Shown: piece after piece, positions 10,801 to 25,329 of the stretch
Position numbering within the stretch: the stretch's first letter is position 1
Layout: each line of letters starts with the position of its first letter
Assembly (NCBI RefSeq): GCF_009914755.1
Contig: NC_060943.1
DNA from: the human T2T-CHM13v2.0 reference genome, Homo sapiens
DNA length: 64,000 nt
Direction: 5' to 3' (one strand)
Notes under the pieces: model-generated
Database searches by the model: none
Seen by the model: only the letters and a program-made list of their open reading frames with translations
Told to the model about the DNA's origin: nothing
Position numbers and translations under genes: made by a program

Positions 10801-13800
10801 TTGTGGAATTTGCAAGTGGAGATTTCAGCCGCTTTGAGGTCAATGGTAGAATAGGAAATATCTTCCTATAGAAACTAGACAGAATGATTCTCAGAAACTC
10901 CTTTGTGATGTGTGCGTTCAACTCACAGAGTTTAACCTTTCTTTTCATAGAGCAGTTAGGAAACACTCTGTTTGTAAAGTCTGCAAGTGGATATTCAGAC
11001 CTCCTTGAGGCCTTCGTTGGAAACGGGATTTCTTCATATTATGCTAGACAGAAGAATTCTCAGTAACTTCCTTGTGTTGTGTGTATTCAACTCACAGAGT
11101 TGAACGATCCTTTACACAGAGCAGACTTGAAACACTCTTTTTGTGGAATTTGCAAGTGGAGATTTCAGCCGCTTTGAGGTCAATGGTAGAATAGGAAATA
11201 TCTTCCTATAGAAACTAGACAGAATGATTCTCAGAAACTCCTTTGTGATGTGTGCATTCAACTCACAGAGTTCAACCTTTCTTTTCATAGAGCAGTTGGG
11301 AAACACTCTGTTTGTAAAGTCTGCAAGTGCATATTCAGACTTCTTTGAGGCCTTCGTTGGAAGCGGGATTTCTTCATATTCTGCTAGACAGAAGAATTCT
11401 CAGTAACTTCCTTGTGTTGTGTGTATTCAACTCACAGAGTTGAACGATCCTTTACACAGAGCAGACTTGAAACACTCTTTTTGTGGAATTTGCAAGTGGA
11501 GATTTCAGCCGCTTTGAGGTCAATGGTAGAATAGGAAATATCTTCCTATAGAAACTAGACAGAATGATTCTCAGAAACTCCTTTGTGATGTGTGCGTTCA
11601 ACTCACAGAGTTTAACCTTTCTTTTCATAGAGCAGTTAGGAAACACTCTGTTTGTAAAGTCTGCAAGTGGATATTCAGACATCCTTGAGGCTTTCGTTGG
11701 AAACGGGATTTCTTCATATTCTGCTAGAAAGAAGAATTCTCAGTAACTTCCTTGTGTTGTGTGTATTCAACTCACAGAGTTGAATGATCCTTTACACAGA
11801 ACAGTCTTGAAACACTCTTTTTGTGGAATTTGCAAGTGGAGATTTCAGCCGCTTTGAGGTCAATGGTAGAATAGGATATATCTTCCTATAGAAACTAGAC
11901 AGAATGATTCTCAGAAACTCCTTTGTGATGTGTGCGTTCAACTCACAGAGTTTAACCTTTCTTTTCATAGAGCAGTTAGGAAACACTCTGTTTGTAAAGT
12001 CTGCAAGTGGATATTCAGACATCTTTGAGGCTTTCGTTGGAAACGGGATTTCTTCATATTCTGCTAGACAGAAGAATTCTCAGAAACTTCGTTGTGTTGT
12101 GTTTTTTCAAATCACAGAGTTGAACGATCCTTTACACAGAGTAGACTTGAAACACTCTTTTTGTGGAATTGGCAGGGTGGAGATTTCAGCCGCTTTGAGG
12201 TCAATGGTAGAAAAGGAAATATCTTCGTATAAAAACTAGACAGAGTGATTCTCAGAAACTCCTTTGTGATGTCTACGTTCAACTCACAGAGTTTAACCTT
12301 TCTTTTCATAGAGCAGTTAGGAAACACTCTGTTTGTAAAGTCTGCAAGTGGATATTCAGACCTCCTTGAGGCCTTCGTTGGAAACGGGATTTCTACATAT
12401 TATGCTAGACAGAAGAATTCTCAGTAACTTCCTTGTGTTGTGTGTATTCAACTCACAGAGTTGAACGATCCTTTACACAGAGCAGACTTGAAACACTCTT
12501 TTTGAGGAATTTGCAAGTGGAGATTTCAGCCTCTTTGAGGTCAATGGTAGAATAGGAAATATCTTCCCATAGAAACTAGACAGAATGATTCTGAGAAACT
12601 TCTTTGTGATGTGTGCGTTCAACTCACAGAGTTTAACCTTTCTTTTCATAGAGCAGTTAGGAAACACTCTGTTTGTAAAGTCTGCAAGTGGATATTCAGA
12701 CCTCCTTGTGGCCTTCGTTGGAAATGGGATTTCTTCCTATTATGCTAGACAGAAGAATTCTCAGTAACTTCCTTGTGTTGTGTGTATTCAACTCACAGAG
12801 TTGAATGATCCTTTACACAGAGCAGACTTGAAACACTCTTTTTGTGGAATTTGCAAGTGGAGATTTCAGCCGCTTTGAGTTCAATGGTAGAATAGGAAAT
12901 ATCTTCCTATAGAAACTAGACAGAATGATTCTCAGAAACTCCTTTGTGATGTGTGCGTTCAACTCACAGAGTTCAACCTTTCTTTTCATAGAGCAGTTGG
13001 GAAACACTCTGTTTGTAAAGTCTGCAAGTGGATATTCAGACTTCTTTGAGGCCTTCGTTGGAAGCGGGATTTCTTCATATTCTGCTAGACAGAAGAATTC
13101 TCAGTAACTTCCTTGTGTTGTGTGTATTCAACTCACAGAGTTGAACGATCCTTTACACAGAGCGGACTTGAAACACTCTTTTTGTGGAATTTGCAAGTGG
13201 AGATTTCAGCCGCTTTGAGGTCAATGGTAGAATAGGAAATATCTTCCTATAGAAACTAGACAGAATGATTCTCAGAAACTCCTTTGTGATGTGTGCGTTC
13301 AACTCACAGAGTTTAACCTTTCTTTTCATAGAGCAGTTAGGAAACACTCTGTTTGTAAAGTCCGCAAGTGGATATTCAGACATCCTTGAGGCTTTCGTTG
13401 GAAACGGGATTTCTTCATATTCTGCTAGAAAGAAGAATTCTCAGTAACTTCCTTGTGTTGTGTGAATTCAACTCACAGAGTTGAATGATCCTTTACACAG
13501 AACAGTCTTGAAACACTCTTTTTGTGGAATTTGCAAGTGGAGATTTCAGCCGCTTTGAGGTCAATGGTAGAATAGGAAATATCTTCCTATAGAAACTAGA
13601 CAGAATGATTCTCAGAAACTCCTTTGTGATGTGGGCGTTCAACTCACAGAGTTTAACCTTTCTTTTCATAGAGCAGTTAGGAAACACTCTGTTTGTAAAG
13701 TCTGCAAGTGGATATTCAGACATCTTTGAGGCTTTCGTTGGAAACGGGATTTCTTCATATTCTGCTATACAGAAGAATTCTCAGAAACTTCCTTGTGTTG

Positions 13801-14500
13801 TGTGTATTCAACTCACAGAGTTGAACGATCGTTTACACAGAGCAGACTTGAGACACTCTGTTTGTGGAATTTGTAAGTGGAGATTTCAGCCGCTTTGAGG
13901 TCAATGGTAGAAAAGGAAATATCTTCATATAAAAACTAGACAGAATGATTCTCAGAAACTCCTTTGTGATGTGTGCGTTCAACTCACAGAGTTTAACCTT
14001 TCTTTTCATAGAGCAGTTAGGAAACACTCTGTTTGTAAAGTCTGCAAGTGGATATTCAGACCTCTTTGAGGCCTTCGTTGGAAACGGGATTTCTTCATAT
14101 TATGCTAGACAGAAGAATTCTCAGTAACTTCCTTGTGTTGTGTGTATTCAACTCACAGAGTTGAACGATCCTTTACACAGAGCAGACTTGAAACACTCTT
14201 TTTGTGGAATTTGCAAGTGGAGATTTCAGCCGCTTTGAGGTCAATGGTAGAAAAGGAAATATCTTCGTATAAAAACTAGACAGAATGATTCTCAGAAACT
14301 CCTTTGTGATGTGTGCATTCAACTCACAGAGTTTAACCTTTCTTTTCATAGAGCAGTTAGGAAACACTCTGTTTGTAAAGTCTGCAAGTGGATATTCAGA
14401 CATCCTTGAGGCCTTCGTTGGAAACGGGATTTCTTCATATTATGCTAGACAGAAGAATTCTCAGTAACTTCCTTGTGTTGTGTGTATTCAACTCACAGAG
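7820..14500 (+). repeat. Duplication with period 4081 bp (12 dimers + 1 bp)
   Basis: The same ordered markers appear in dimers 7823-10204 and 11904-14285: 341-bp dimer, TTCTACAT, CTTCCCATA/AAACTTCTTT, GTGAATTC, GTGGGCG, CACTCTGTTTGTGG, GTGCATTC. Confidence 0.85.
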
Positions 14501-15299
14501 TTGAACGATCCTTTACACAGAGCAGACTTGAAACACTCTTTTTGTGGAATTTGCAAGTGGAGATTTCAGCCGCTTTGAGGTCAATGGTAGAATAGGAAAT
14601 ATCTTCCTATAGAAACTAGACAGAATGATTCTCAGAAACTCCTTTGTGATGTGTGCGTTCAACTCACAGAGTTTAACCTTTCTTTTCATAGAGCAGTTAG
14701 GAAACACTCTGTTTGTAAAGTCTGCAAGTGGATATTCAGACCTCCTTGAGGCCTTCGTTGGAAACGGGATTTCTTCATATTCTGCTAGACAGAAGAATTA
14801 TCAGTAACTTCCTTGTGTTTTGTGTATTCAACTCACAGAGTTGAATGATCCTTTACACAGAACAGACTTGAAACACTCTTGTTGTGGAATTTTCAAGTGG
14901 AGATTTCAGCCGCTTTGAGGTCAACGGTAGAATAGGTAATATCTTCCTATAGAAACTAGACAGAATGATTCTCAGAAACTCCTTTGTGATGTGTGCGTTC
15001 AACTCACAGAGTTTAACCTTTCTTTTCATAGAGCAGTTAGGAAACACTCTGTTTGTAAAGTCTGCAAGAGGATATACAGACCTCCTTGAGGTCTTCGTTG
15101 GAAACGGGCTTTCTTCATATTATGCTAGACAGAAGAATTCTCAGTAACTTCCTTGTGTTGTGTGTATTCAACTCACAGAGTTGAACGATCCTTTACACAG
15201 AGCAGACTTGAAACACTCTTTTTGTGGAATTTGCAAGTGGAGATTTCAGCCGCTTTGAGGTCAACGGTAGAATAGGAAATATCTTCCTATAGAAACTAG

Positions 15300-18200
15300 A
15301 CAGAATGATTATCAGAAACTCCTTTGTGATGTGTGCGTTCAACTCACAGAGTTTAACCTTTCTTTTCATAGAGCAGTTAGGAAACACTCTGTTTGTAAAG
15401 TCTGCAAGTGGATATTCAGACATCCTTGAGGCTTTCGTTGGAAACGGGATTTCTTCATATTCTGCTGGAAAGAAGAATTCTCAGTAACTTCCTTGTGTTG
15501 TGTGTATTCAACTCACAGACTTGAATGATCCTTTACACAGAACAGTCTTGAAACACTCTTTTTGTGGAATTTGCAAGTGGAGATTTCAGCCGCTTTGAGG
15601 TCAATGGTAGAATAGGAAATATCTTCCTATAGAAACTAGACAGAATGATTCTCAGAAACTCCTTTGTGATGTGTGCGTTCAACTCACAGAGTTTAACCTT
15701 TCTTTTCATAGAGCAGTTAGGAAACACTCTGTTTGTAAAGTCTGCAAGTGGATATTCAGACATCCTTGAGGCTTTCGTTGGAAACGGGATTTCTTCATAT
15801 TCTGCTAGAAAGAAGAATTCTCAGTAACTTCCTTGTGTTGTGTGTATTCAACTCACAGAGTTGAATGATCCTTTACACAGAGCAGTCTTGAAACACTCTT
15901 TTTGTGGAATTTGCAAGTGGAGATTTCAGCCGCTTTGAGGTCAATGGTAGAATAGGAAATATCTTCCTATAGAAACTAGACAGAATGATTCTCAGAAACT
16001 CCTTTGTGATGTGTGCATTCAACTCACAGAGTTTAACCTTTCTTTTCATAGAGCAGTTAGGAAACACTCTGTTTGTAAAGTCTGCAAGTGGATATTCAGA
16101 CATCCTTGAGGCTTTCGTTGGAAACGGGATTTCTTCATCTTCTGCTAGAAAGAAGAATTCTCAGTAACTTCCTTGTGTTGTGTGAATTCAACTCACAGAG
16201 TTGAATGATCCTTTACACAGAACAGTCTTGAAACACTCTTTTTGTGGAATTTGCAAGTGGAGATTTCAGCCGCTTTGAGGTCAATGGTAGAATAGGAAAT
16301 ATCTTCCTATAGAAACTAGACAGAATGATTCTCAGAAACTCCTTTGTGATGTGGGCGTTCAACTCATAGAGTTTAACCTTTCTTTTCATAGAGCAGTTAG
16401 GAAACACTCTGTTTGTAAAGTCTGCAAGTGGATATTCAGACATCTTTGAGGCTTTCGTTGGAAAGGGGATTTCTTCATATTCTGCTATACAGAAGAATTC
16501 TCAGAAACTTCCTTGTGTTGTGTGTATTCAACTCACAGAGTTGAACGATCGTTTACACAGAGCAGACTTGAGACACTCTGTTTGTGGAATTTGTAAGTGG
16601 AGATTTCAGCCGCTTTTAGGTCAATGGTAGAAAAGGAAATATCTTCCTATAAAAACTAGACAGAATGATTCTCAGAAACTCCTTTGTGATGTGTGCGTTC
16701 AACTCACAGAGTTTAACCTTTCTTTTCATAGAGCAGTTAGGAAACACTCTGTTTGTAAAGTCTGCAAGTGGATATTCAGACCTCTTTGAGGCCTTCGTTG
16801 GAAACGGGATTTCTTCATATTATGCTAGACAGAAGAATTCTCACTAACTTCCTTGTGTTGTGTGTATTCAACTCACAGAGTTGAACGATCCTTTACACAG
16901 AGCAGACTTGAAACACTCTTTTTGTGGAATTTGCAAGTGGAGATTTCAGCCGCTTTGAGGTCAATGGTAGAAAAGGAAATATCTTCGTATAAAAACTAGA
17001 CAGAATGATTCTCAGAAACTCCTTTGTGATGTGTGCATTCAACTCACAGAGTTTAACCTTTCTTTTCATAGAGCAGTTAGGAAACACTCTGTTTGTAAAG
17101 TCTGCAAGTGGATATTCAGACCTCCTTGAGGCCTTCGTTGGAAACGGGATTTCTTCATATTATGCTAGACAGAAGAATTCTCAGTAACTTCCTTGTGTTG
17201 TGTGTATTCAACTCACAGAGTTGAACGATCCTTTACACAGAGCAGACTTGAAACACTCTTTTTGTGGAATTTGCAAGTGGAGATTTCAGCCGCTTTGTGT
17301 TCAATGGTAGAATAGGAAATATCTTCCTATAGAAACTAGACATAATGATTCTGAGAAACTCCTTTGTGATGTGTGCGTTCAACTCACAGAGTTTAACCTT
17401 TCTTTTCATAGAGCAGTTAGGAAACACTCTGTTTGTAAAGTCTGCAAGTGGATATTCAGACCTCCTTGAGGCCTTCGTTGGAAACGGGATTTCTTCATAT
17501 TCTGCTAGACAGAAGAATTCTCAGTAACTTCCTTGTGTTTTGTGTATTCAACTCACAGAGTTGAATGATCCTTTACACAGAACAGACTTGAAACACTCTT
17601 GTTGTGGAATTTTCAAGTGGAGATTTCAGCCGCTTTGAGGTCAACGGTAGAATAGGTAATATCTTCCTATAGAAACTAGACAGAATGATTCTCAGAAACT
17701 CCTTTGTGATGTGTGCGTTCAACTCACAGAGTTTAACCTTTCTTTTCATAGAGCAGTTAGGAAACACTCTGTTTGTAAAGTCTGCAAGAGGATATTCAGA
17801 CCTCCTTGAGGTCTTCGTTGGAAACGGGCTTTCTTCATATTATGCTAGACAGAAGAATTCTCAGTAACTTCCTTGTGTTGTGTGTATTCAACTCAGAGAG
17901 TTGAACGATCCTTTACACAGAGCAGACTTGAAACACTCTTTTTGTGGAATTTGCAAGTGGAGATTTCAGCCGCTTTGAGGTCAATGGTAGAATAGGAAAT
18001 ATCTTCCTATAGAAACTAGACAGAATGATTCTCAGAAACTCCTTTGTGATGTGTGCGTTCAACTCACAGAGTTTAACCTTTCTTTTCATAGAGCAGTTAG
18101 GAAACACTCTGTTTGTAAAGTCTGCAAGTGGATATTCAGACCTCTTTGAGGCCTTCGTTGGAAACGGGATTTCTTCATATTATGCTAGACAGAAGAATTC

Positions 18201-21200
18201 TCAGTAACTTCCTTGTGTTGTGTGTATTCAACTCACAGAGTTGAACGATCCTTTACACAGAGCAGACTTGAAACACTCTTTTTGTGGAATTTGCAAGTGG
18301 AGATTTCAGCCGCTTTGAGGTCAATGGTAGAATAGGAAATATCTTCCTATAGAAACTAGACAGAATGATTCTGAGAAACTCCTTTGTGATGTGTGCGTTC
18401 AACTCACAGAGTTTAACCTTTCTTTCATAGAGTAGTTAGGAAACACTCTGTTTGTAAAGTCTGCAAGTGGATATTCAGACCTCCTTGAGGCCTTCGTTGG
18501 AAATGGGATTTCTTCATATTATGCTAGACAGAAGAATTCTCAGTAACTTCCTTGTGTTGTGTGTATTCAACTCACAGAGTTGAACAATCCTTTACACAGA
18601 GCAGACTTGAAACACTCTTTTTGTGGAATTTGCAAGTGGAGATTTCAGCCGCTTTGAGTTCAATGGTAGAATAGGAAATATCTTCCTATAGAAACTAGAC
18701 AGAATGATTCTCAGAAACTCCTTTGTGATGTGTGCGTTCAACTCACAGAGTTCAACCTTTCTTTTCATAGAGCAGTTGGGAAACACTCTGTTTGTAAAGT
18801 CTGCAAGTGCATATTCAGACTTCTTTGAGGCCTTCGTTGGAAGCGGGATTTCTTCATATTCTGCTAGACAGAAGAATTCTCAGTAACTTCCTTCTGTTGT
18901 GTGTATTCAACTCACAGAGTTGAACGATCCTTTACACAGAGCAGACTTGAAACACTCTTTTTGTGGAATTTGCAAGTGGAGATTTCAGCCGCTTTGAGGT
19001 CAATGGTAGAATAGGAAATATCTTCCTATAGAAACTAGACAGAATGATTCTCAGAAACTCCTTTGTGATGTGTGCGTTCAACTCACAGAGTTTAACCTTT
19101 CTTTTCATAGAGCAGTTAGGAAACACTCTGTTTGTAAAGTCTGCAAGTGGATATTCAGACATCCTTGAGGCTTTCGTTGGAAACGGGATTTCTTCATATT
19201 CTGCTAGAAAGAAGAATTCTCAGTAACTTCCTTGTGTTGTGTGTATTCAACTCACAGAGTTGAATGATCCTTTACACAGAACAGTCTTGAAACACTCTTT
19301 TTGTGGAATTTGCAAGTGGAGATTTCAGCCGCTTTGAGGTCAATGGTAGAATAGGAAATATCTTCCTATAGAAACTAGACAGAATGATTCTCAGAAACTC
19401 CTTTGTGATGTGTGCGTTCAACTCACAGAGTTTAACCTTTCTTTTCAGAGAGCAGTTAGGAAACACTCTGTTTGTAAAGTCTGCAAGTGGATATTCAGAC
19501 ATCTTTGAGGCTTTCGTTGGAAACGGGATTTCTTCATATTCTGCTAGACAGAAGAATTCTCAGAAACTTCGTTGTGTTGTGTGTTTTCAAATCACAGAGT
19601 TCAACGATCCTTTACACAGAGTAGACTTGAAACACTCTTTTTGTGGAATTGGCACGGTGGAGATTTCAGCCGCTTTGAGGTCAATGGTAGAAAAGGAAAT
19701 ATCTTCGTATAAAAACTAGACAGAGTGATTCTCAGAAACTCCTTTGTGATGTCTGCGTTCAACTCACAGAGTTTAACCTTTCTTTTAATAGAGCAGTTAG
19801 GAAACACTCTGTTTGTAAAGTCTGCAAGTGGATATTCAGACCTCCTTGAGGCCTTCGTTGGAAACGGGATTTCTACATATTATGCTAGACAGAAGAATTC
19901 TCAGTAACTTCCTTGTGTTGTGTGTATTCAACTCACAGAGTTGAACGATCCTTTACACAGAGCAGACTTGAAACACTCTTTTTGTGGAATTTGCAAGTGG
20001 AGATTTCAGCCTCTTTGAGGTCAATGGTAGAATAGGAAATATCTTCCTATAGAAACTAGACAGAATGATTCTGAGAAACTTCTTTGTGATGTGTGCGTTC
20101 AACTCACAGAGTTTAACCTTTCTTTTCATAGAGCAGTTAGGAAACACTCTGTTTGTAAAGTCTGCAAGTGGATATTCAGACCTCCTTGAGGCCTTCGTTG
20201 GAAACGGGATTTCTTCCTATTATGCTAGACAGAAGAATTCTCAGTAACTTCCTTGTGTTGTGTGTATTCAACTCACCGAGTTGAATGATCCTTTACACAG
20301 AGCAGACTTGAAACACTCTTTTTGTGGAATTTGCAAGTGGAGATTTCAGCCGCTTTGAGGTCAATGGTAGAATAGGAAATATCTTCCTATAGAAACTAGA
20401 CAGAATGATTCTCAGAAACTCCTTTGTGATGTGTGCGTTCAACTCAGAGAGTTCAACCTTTCTTTTCATAGAGCAGTTGGGAAACACTCTGTTTGTAAAG
20501 TCTGCAAGTGGATATTCAGACTTCTTTGAGGCCTTCGTTGGAAGCGGGATTTCTTCATATTCTGCTAGACAGAAGAATTCTCAGTAACTTCCTTGTGTTG
20601 TGTGTATTCAACTCACAGAGTTGAACGATCCTTTACACAGAGCAGACTTGAAACACTCTTTTTGTGGAATTTGCAAGTGGAGATTTCAGCCGCTTTGAGG
20701 TCAATGGTAGAATAGGAAATATCTTCCTATAGAAACTAGACAGAATGATTCTCAGAAACTCCTTTGTGATGTGTGCGTTCAACTCACAGAGTTTAACCTT
20801 TCTTTTCATAGAGCAGTTAGGAAACACTCTGTTTGTAAAGTCTGCAAGTGGATATTCAGACATCCTTGAGGCTTTCGTTGGAAACGGGATTTCTTCATAT
20901 TCTGCTAGAAAGAAGAATTCTCAGTAACTTCCTTGTGTTGTGTGTATTCAACTCACAGACTTGAATGATCCTTTACACAGAACAGTCTTGAAACACTCTT
21001 TTTGTGGAATTTGCAAGTGGAGATTTCAGCCGCTTTGAGGTCAATGGTAGAATAGGAAATATCTTCCTATAGAAACTAGACAGAATGATTCTCAGAAACT
21101 CCTTTGTGATGTGTGCGTTCAACTCACAGAGTTTAACCTTTCTTTTCATAGAGCAGTTAGGAAACACTCTGTTTGTAAAGTCTGCAAGTGGATATTCAGA

Positions 21201-24200
21201 CATCCTTGAGGCTTTCGTTGGAAACGGGATTTCTTCATATTCTGCTAGAAAGAAGAATTCTCAGTAACTTCCTTGTGTTGTGTGTATTCAACTCACAGAG
21301 TTGAATGATCCTTTACACAGAACAGTCTTGAAACACTCTTTTTGTGGAATTTGCAAGTGGAGATTTCAGCCGCTTTGAGGTCAATGGTAGAATAGGAAAT
21401 ATCTTCCTATAGAAACTAGACAGAATGATTCTCAGAAACTCCTTTGTGATGTGTGCGTTCAACTCACAGAGTTTAACCTTTCTTTTCATAGAGCAGTTAG
21501 GAAACACTCTGTTTGTAAAGTCTGCAAGTGGATATTCAGACATCCTTGAGGCTTTCGTTGGAAACGGGATTTCTTCATCTTCTGCTAGAAAGAAGAATTC
21601 TCAGTAACTTCCTTGTGTTGTGTGAATTCAACTCACAGAGTTGAATGATCCTTTACACAGAACAGTCTTGAAACACACTTTTTGTGGAATTTGCAAGTGG
21701 AGATTTCAGCCGCTTTGAGGTCAATGGTAGAATAGGAAATATCTTCCTATAGAAACTAGACAGAATGATTCTCAGAAACTCCTTTGTGATGTGGGCGTTC
21801 AACTCATAGAGTTTAACCTTTCTTTTCATAGAGCAGTTAGGAAACACTCTGTTTGTAAAGTCTGCAAGTGGATATTCAGACATCTTTGAGGCTGTCGTTG
21901 GAAAGGGGATTTCTTCATATTCTGCTATACAGAAGAATTCTCAGAAACTTCCTTGTGTTGTGTGTATTCAACTCACAGAGCTGAACGATCGTTTACACAG
22001 AGCAGACTTGAGACACTCTGTTTGTGGAATTTGTAAGTGGAGATTTCAGCCGCTTTGAGGTCAATGGTAGAAAAGGAAATATCTTCATATAAAAACTAGA
22101 CAGAATGATTCTCAGAAACTCCTTTGTGATGTGTGCGTTCAACTCACAGAGTTTAACCTTTCTTTTCATAGAGCAGTTAGGAAACACTCTGTTTGTAAAG
22201 TCTGCAAGTGGATATTCAGACCTCTTTGAGGCCTTCGTTGGAAACGGGATTTCTTCATATTATGCTAGACAGAAGAATTCTCACTAACTTCCTTGTGTTG
22301 TGTGTATTCAACTCACAGAGTTGAACGATCCTTTACACAGCGCAGACTTGAAACACTCTTTTTGTGGAATTTGCAAGTGGAGATTTCAGCCGCTTTGAGG
22401 TCAATGGTAGAAAAGGAAATATCTTCGTATAAAAACTAGACAGAATGATTCTCAGAAACTCCTTTGTGATGTGTGCATTCAACTCACAGAGTTTAACCTT
22501 TCTTTTCATAGAGCAGTTAGGAAACACTCTGTTTGTAAAGTCTGCAAGTGGATATTCAGACCTCCTTGAGGCCTTCGTTGGAAACGGGATTTCTTCATAT
22601 TATGCTAGACAGAAGAATTCTCAGTAACTTCCTTGTGTTGTGTGTATTCAACTCACAGAGTTGAACGATCCTTTACACAGAGCAGACTTGAAACACTCTT
22701 TTTGTGGAATTTGCAAGTGGAAATTTCAGCCGCTTTGAGGTCAATGGTAGAATAGGAAATATCTTCCTATAGAAACTAGACAGAATGATTCTGAGAAACT
22801 CCTTTGTGATGTGTGCGTTCAACTCACAGAGTTTAACCTTTCTTTTCATAGAGCAGTTAGGAAACACTCTGTTTGTAAAGTCTGCAAGTGGATATTCAGA
22901 CCTCCTTGAGGCCTTCGTTGGAAACGGGATTTCTTCATATTCTGCTAGACAGAAGAATTCTCAGTAACTTCCTTGTGTTTTGTGTATTCAACTCACAGAG
23001 TTGAATGATCCTTTACACAGAACAGACTTGAAACACTCTTGTTGTGGAATTTTCAAGTGGAGATTTCAGCCGCTTTGAGGTCAACGGTAGAATAGGTAAT
23101 ATCTTCCTATAGAAACTAGACAGAATGATTCTCAGAAACTCCTTTGTGATGTGTGCGTTCAACTCACAGAGTTTAACCTTTCTTTTCATAGAGCAGTTAG
23201 GAAACACTCTGTTTGTAAAGTCTGCAAGAGGATATTCAGACCTCCTTGAGGTCTTCGTTGGAAACGGGATTTCTTCATATTATGCTAGACAGAAGAATTC
23301 TCAGTAACTTCCTTGTGTTGTGTGTATTCAACTCAGAGAGTTGAACGATCCTTTACACAGAGCAGACTTGAAACACTCTTTTTGTGGAATTTGCAAGTGG
23401 AGATTTCAGCCGCTTTGAGGTCAATGGTAGAATAGGAAATATCTTCCTATAGAAACTAGACAGAATGATTCTCAGAAACTCCTTTGTGATGTGTGCGTTC
23501 AACTCACAGAGTTTAACCTTTCTTTCATAGAGCAGTTAGGAAACACTCTGTTTGTAAAGTCTGCAAGTGGATATTCAGACCTCCTTGAGGCCTTCGTTGG
23601 AAATGGGATTTCTTCATATTATGCTAGACAGAAGAATTCTCAGTAACTTCCTTGTGTTGTGTGTATTCAACTCAAATGAGTTGAACGATCCTTTACACAG
23701 AGCAGAATTGAAACACTCTTTTTGTGGAATTTGCAAGTGGAGATTTCAGCCGCTTTGAGTTCAATGGTAGAATAGGAAATATCTTCCTATAGAAACTAGA
23801 CAGAATGATTCTCAGAAACTCCTTTGTGATGTGTGCGTTCAACTCACAGAGTTCAACCTTTCTTTTCATAGAGCAGTTGGGAAACACTCTGTTTGTAAAG
23901 TCTGCAAGTGCATATTCAGACTTCTTTGAGGCCTTCGTTGGAAGCGGGATTTCTACATATTCTGCTAGACAGAAGAATTCTCAGTAACTTCCTTCTGTTG
24001 TGTGTATTCAACTCACAGAGTTGAACGATCCTTTACGCAGAGCAGACTTGAAACACTCTTTTTGTGGAATTTGCAAGTGGAGATTTCAGCCGCTTTGAGG
24101 TCAATGGTAGAATAGGAAATATCTTCCTATAGAAACTAGACAGAATGATTCTCAGAAACTCCTTTGTGATGTGTGCGTTCGACTCACAGAGTTTAACCTT

Positions 24201-25300
24201 TCTTTTCATAGAGCAGTTAGGAAACACTCTGTTTGTAAAGTCTGCAAGTGGATATTCAGACATCCTTGAGGCTTTCGTTGGAAACGGGATTTCTTCATAT
24301 TCTGCTAGAAAGAAGAATTCTCAGAAACTTCGTTGTGTTGTGTGTTTTCAAATCACAGAGTTCAACGATCCTTTACACAGAGTAGACTTGAAACACTCTT
24401 TTTGTGGAATTGGCACGGTGGAGATTTCAGCCGCTTTGAGGTCAATGGTAGAAAAGGAAATATCTTCGTATAAAAACTAGACAGAGTGATTCTCAGAAAC
24501 TCCTTTGTGATGTCTGCGTTCAACTCACAGAGTTTAACCTTTCTTTTAATAGAGCAGTTAGGAAACACTCTGTTTGTAAAGTCTGCAAGTGGATATTCAG
24601 ACCTCCTTGAGGCCTTCGTTGGAAACGGGATTTCTACATATTATGCTAGACAGAAGAATTCTCAGTAACTTCCTTGTGTTGTGTGTATTCAACTCACAGA
24701 GTTGAACGATCCTTTACACAGAGCAGACTTGAAACACTCTTTTTGTGGAATTTGCAAGTGGAGATTTCAGCCTCTTTGAGGTCAATGGTAGAATAGGAAA
24801 TATCTTCCTATAGAAACTAGACAGAATGATTCTGGGAAACTCCTTTGTGATGTGTGCGTTCAACTCACAGAGTTTAACCTTTCTTTTCATAGAGCAGTTA
24901 GGAAACACTCTGTTTGTAAAGTCTGCAAGTGGATATTCAGACCTCCTTGAGGCCTTCGTTGGAAACGGGATTTCTTCCTATTATGCTAGACAGAAGAATT
25001 CTCAGTAACTTCCTTGTGTTGTGTGTATTCAACTCACAGAGTTGAATGATCCTTTACACAGAGCAGACTTGAAACACTCTTTTTGTGGAATTTGCAAGTG
25101 GAGATTTCAGCCGCTTTGAGGTCAATGGTAGAATAGGAAATATCTTCCTATAGAAACTAGACAGAATGATTCTCAGAAACTCCTTTGTGATGTGTGTGTT
25201 CAACTCACAGAGTTCAACCTTTCTTTTCATAGAGCAGTTGGGAAACACTCTGTTTGTAAAGTCTGCAAGTGGATATTCAGACTTCTTTGAGGCCTTCGTT
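15300..25300 (+). repeat. Tandem duplication of a 16-dimer block (offset 5440 bp); second copy shorter by two dimers
   Basis: Shared markers: TTCATCTTCT (16138/21578), AAAGGGGAT, TCACTAAC (16841/22281), CTTCTGTTG, GGCACGGTGG (19651/24412), TTTTAATAG. The offset falls from 5440 to ~5100 to ~4761. Confidence 0.87.
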
Positions 25301-25329
25301 GGAAATGGGATTTCTTCATATTATGCTAG

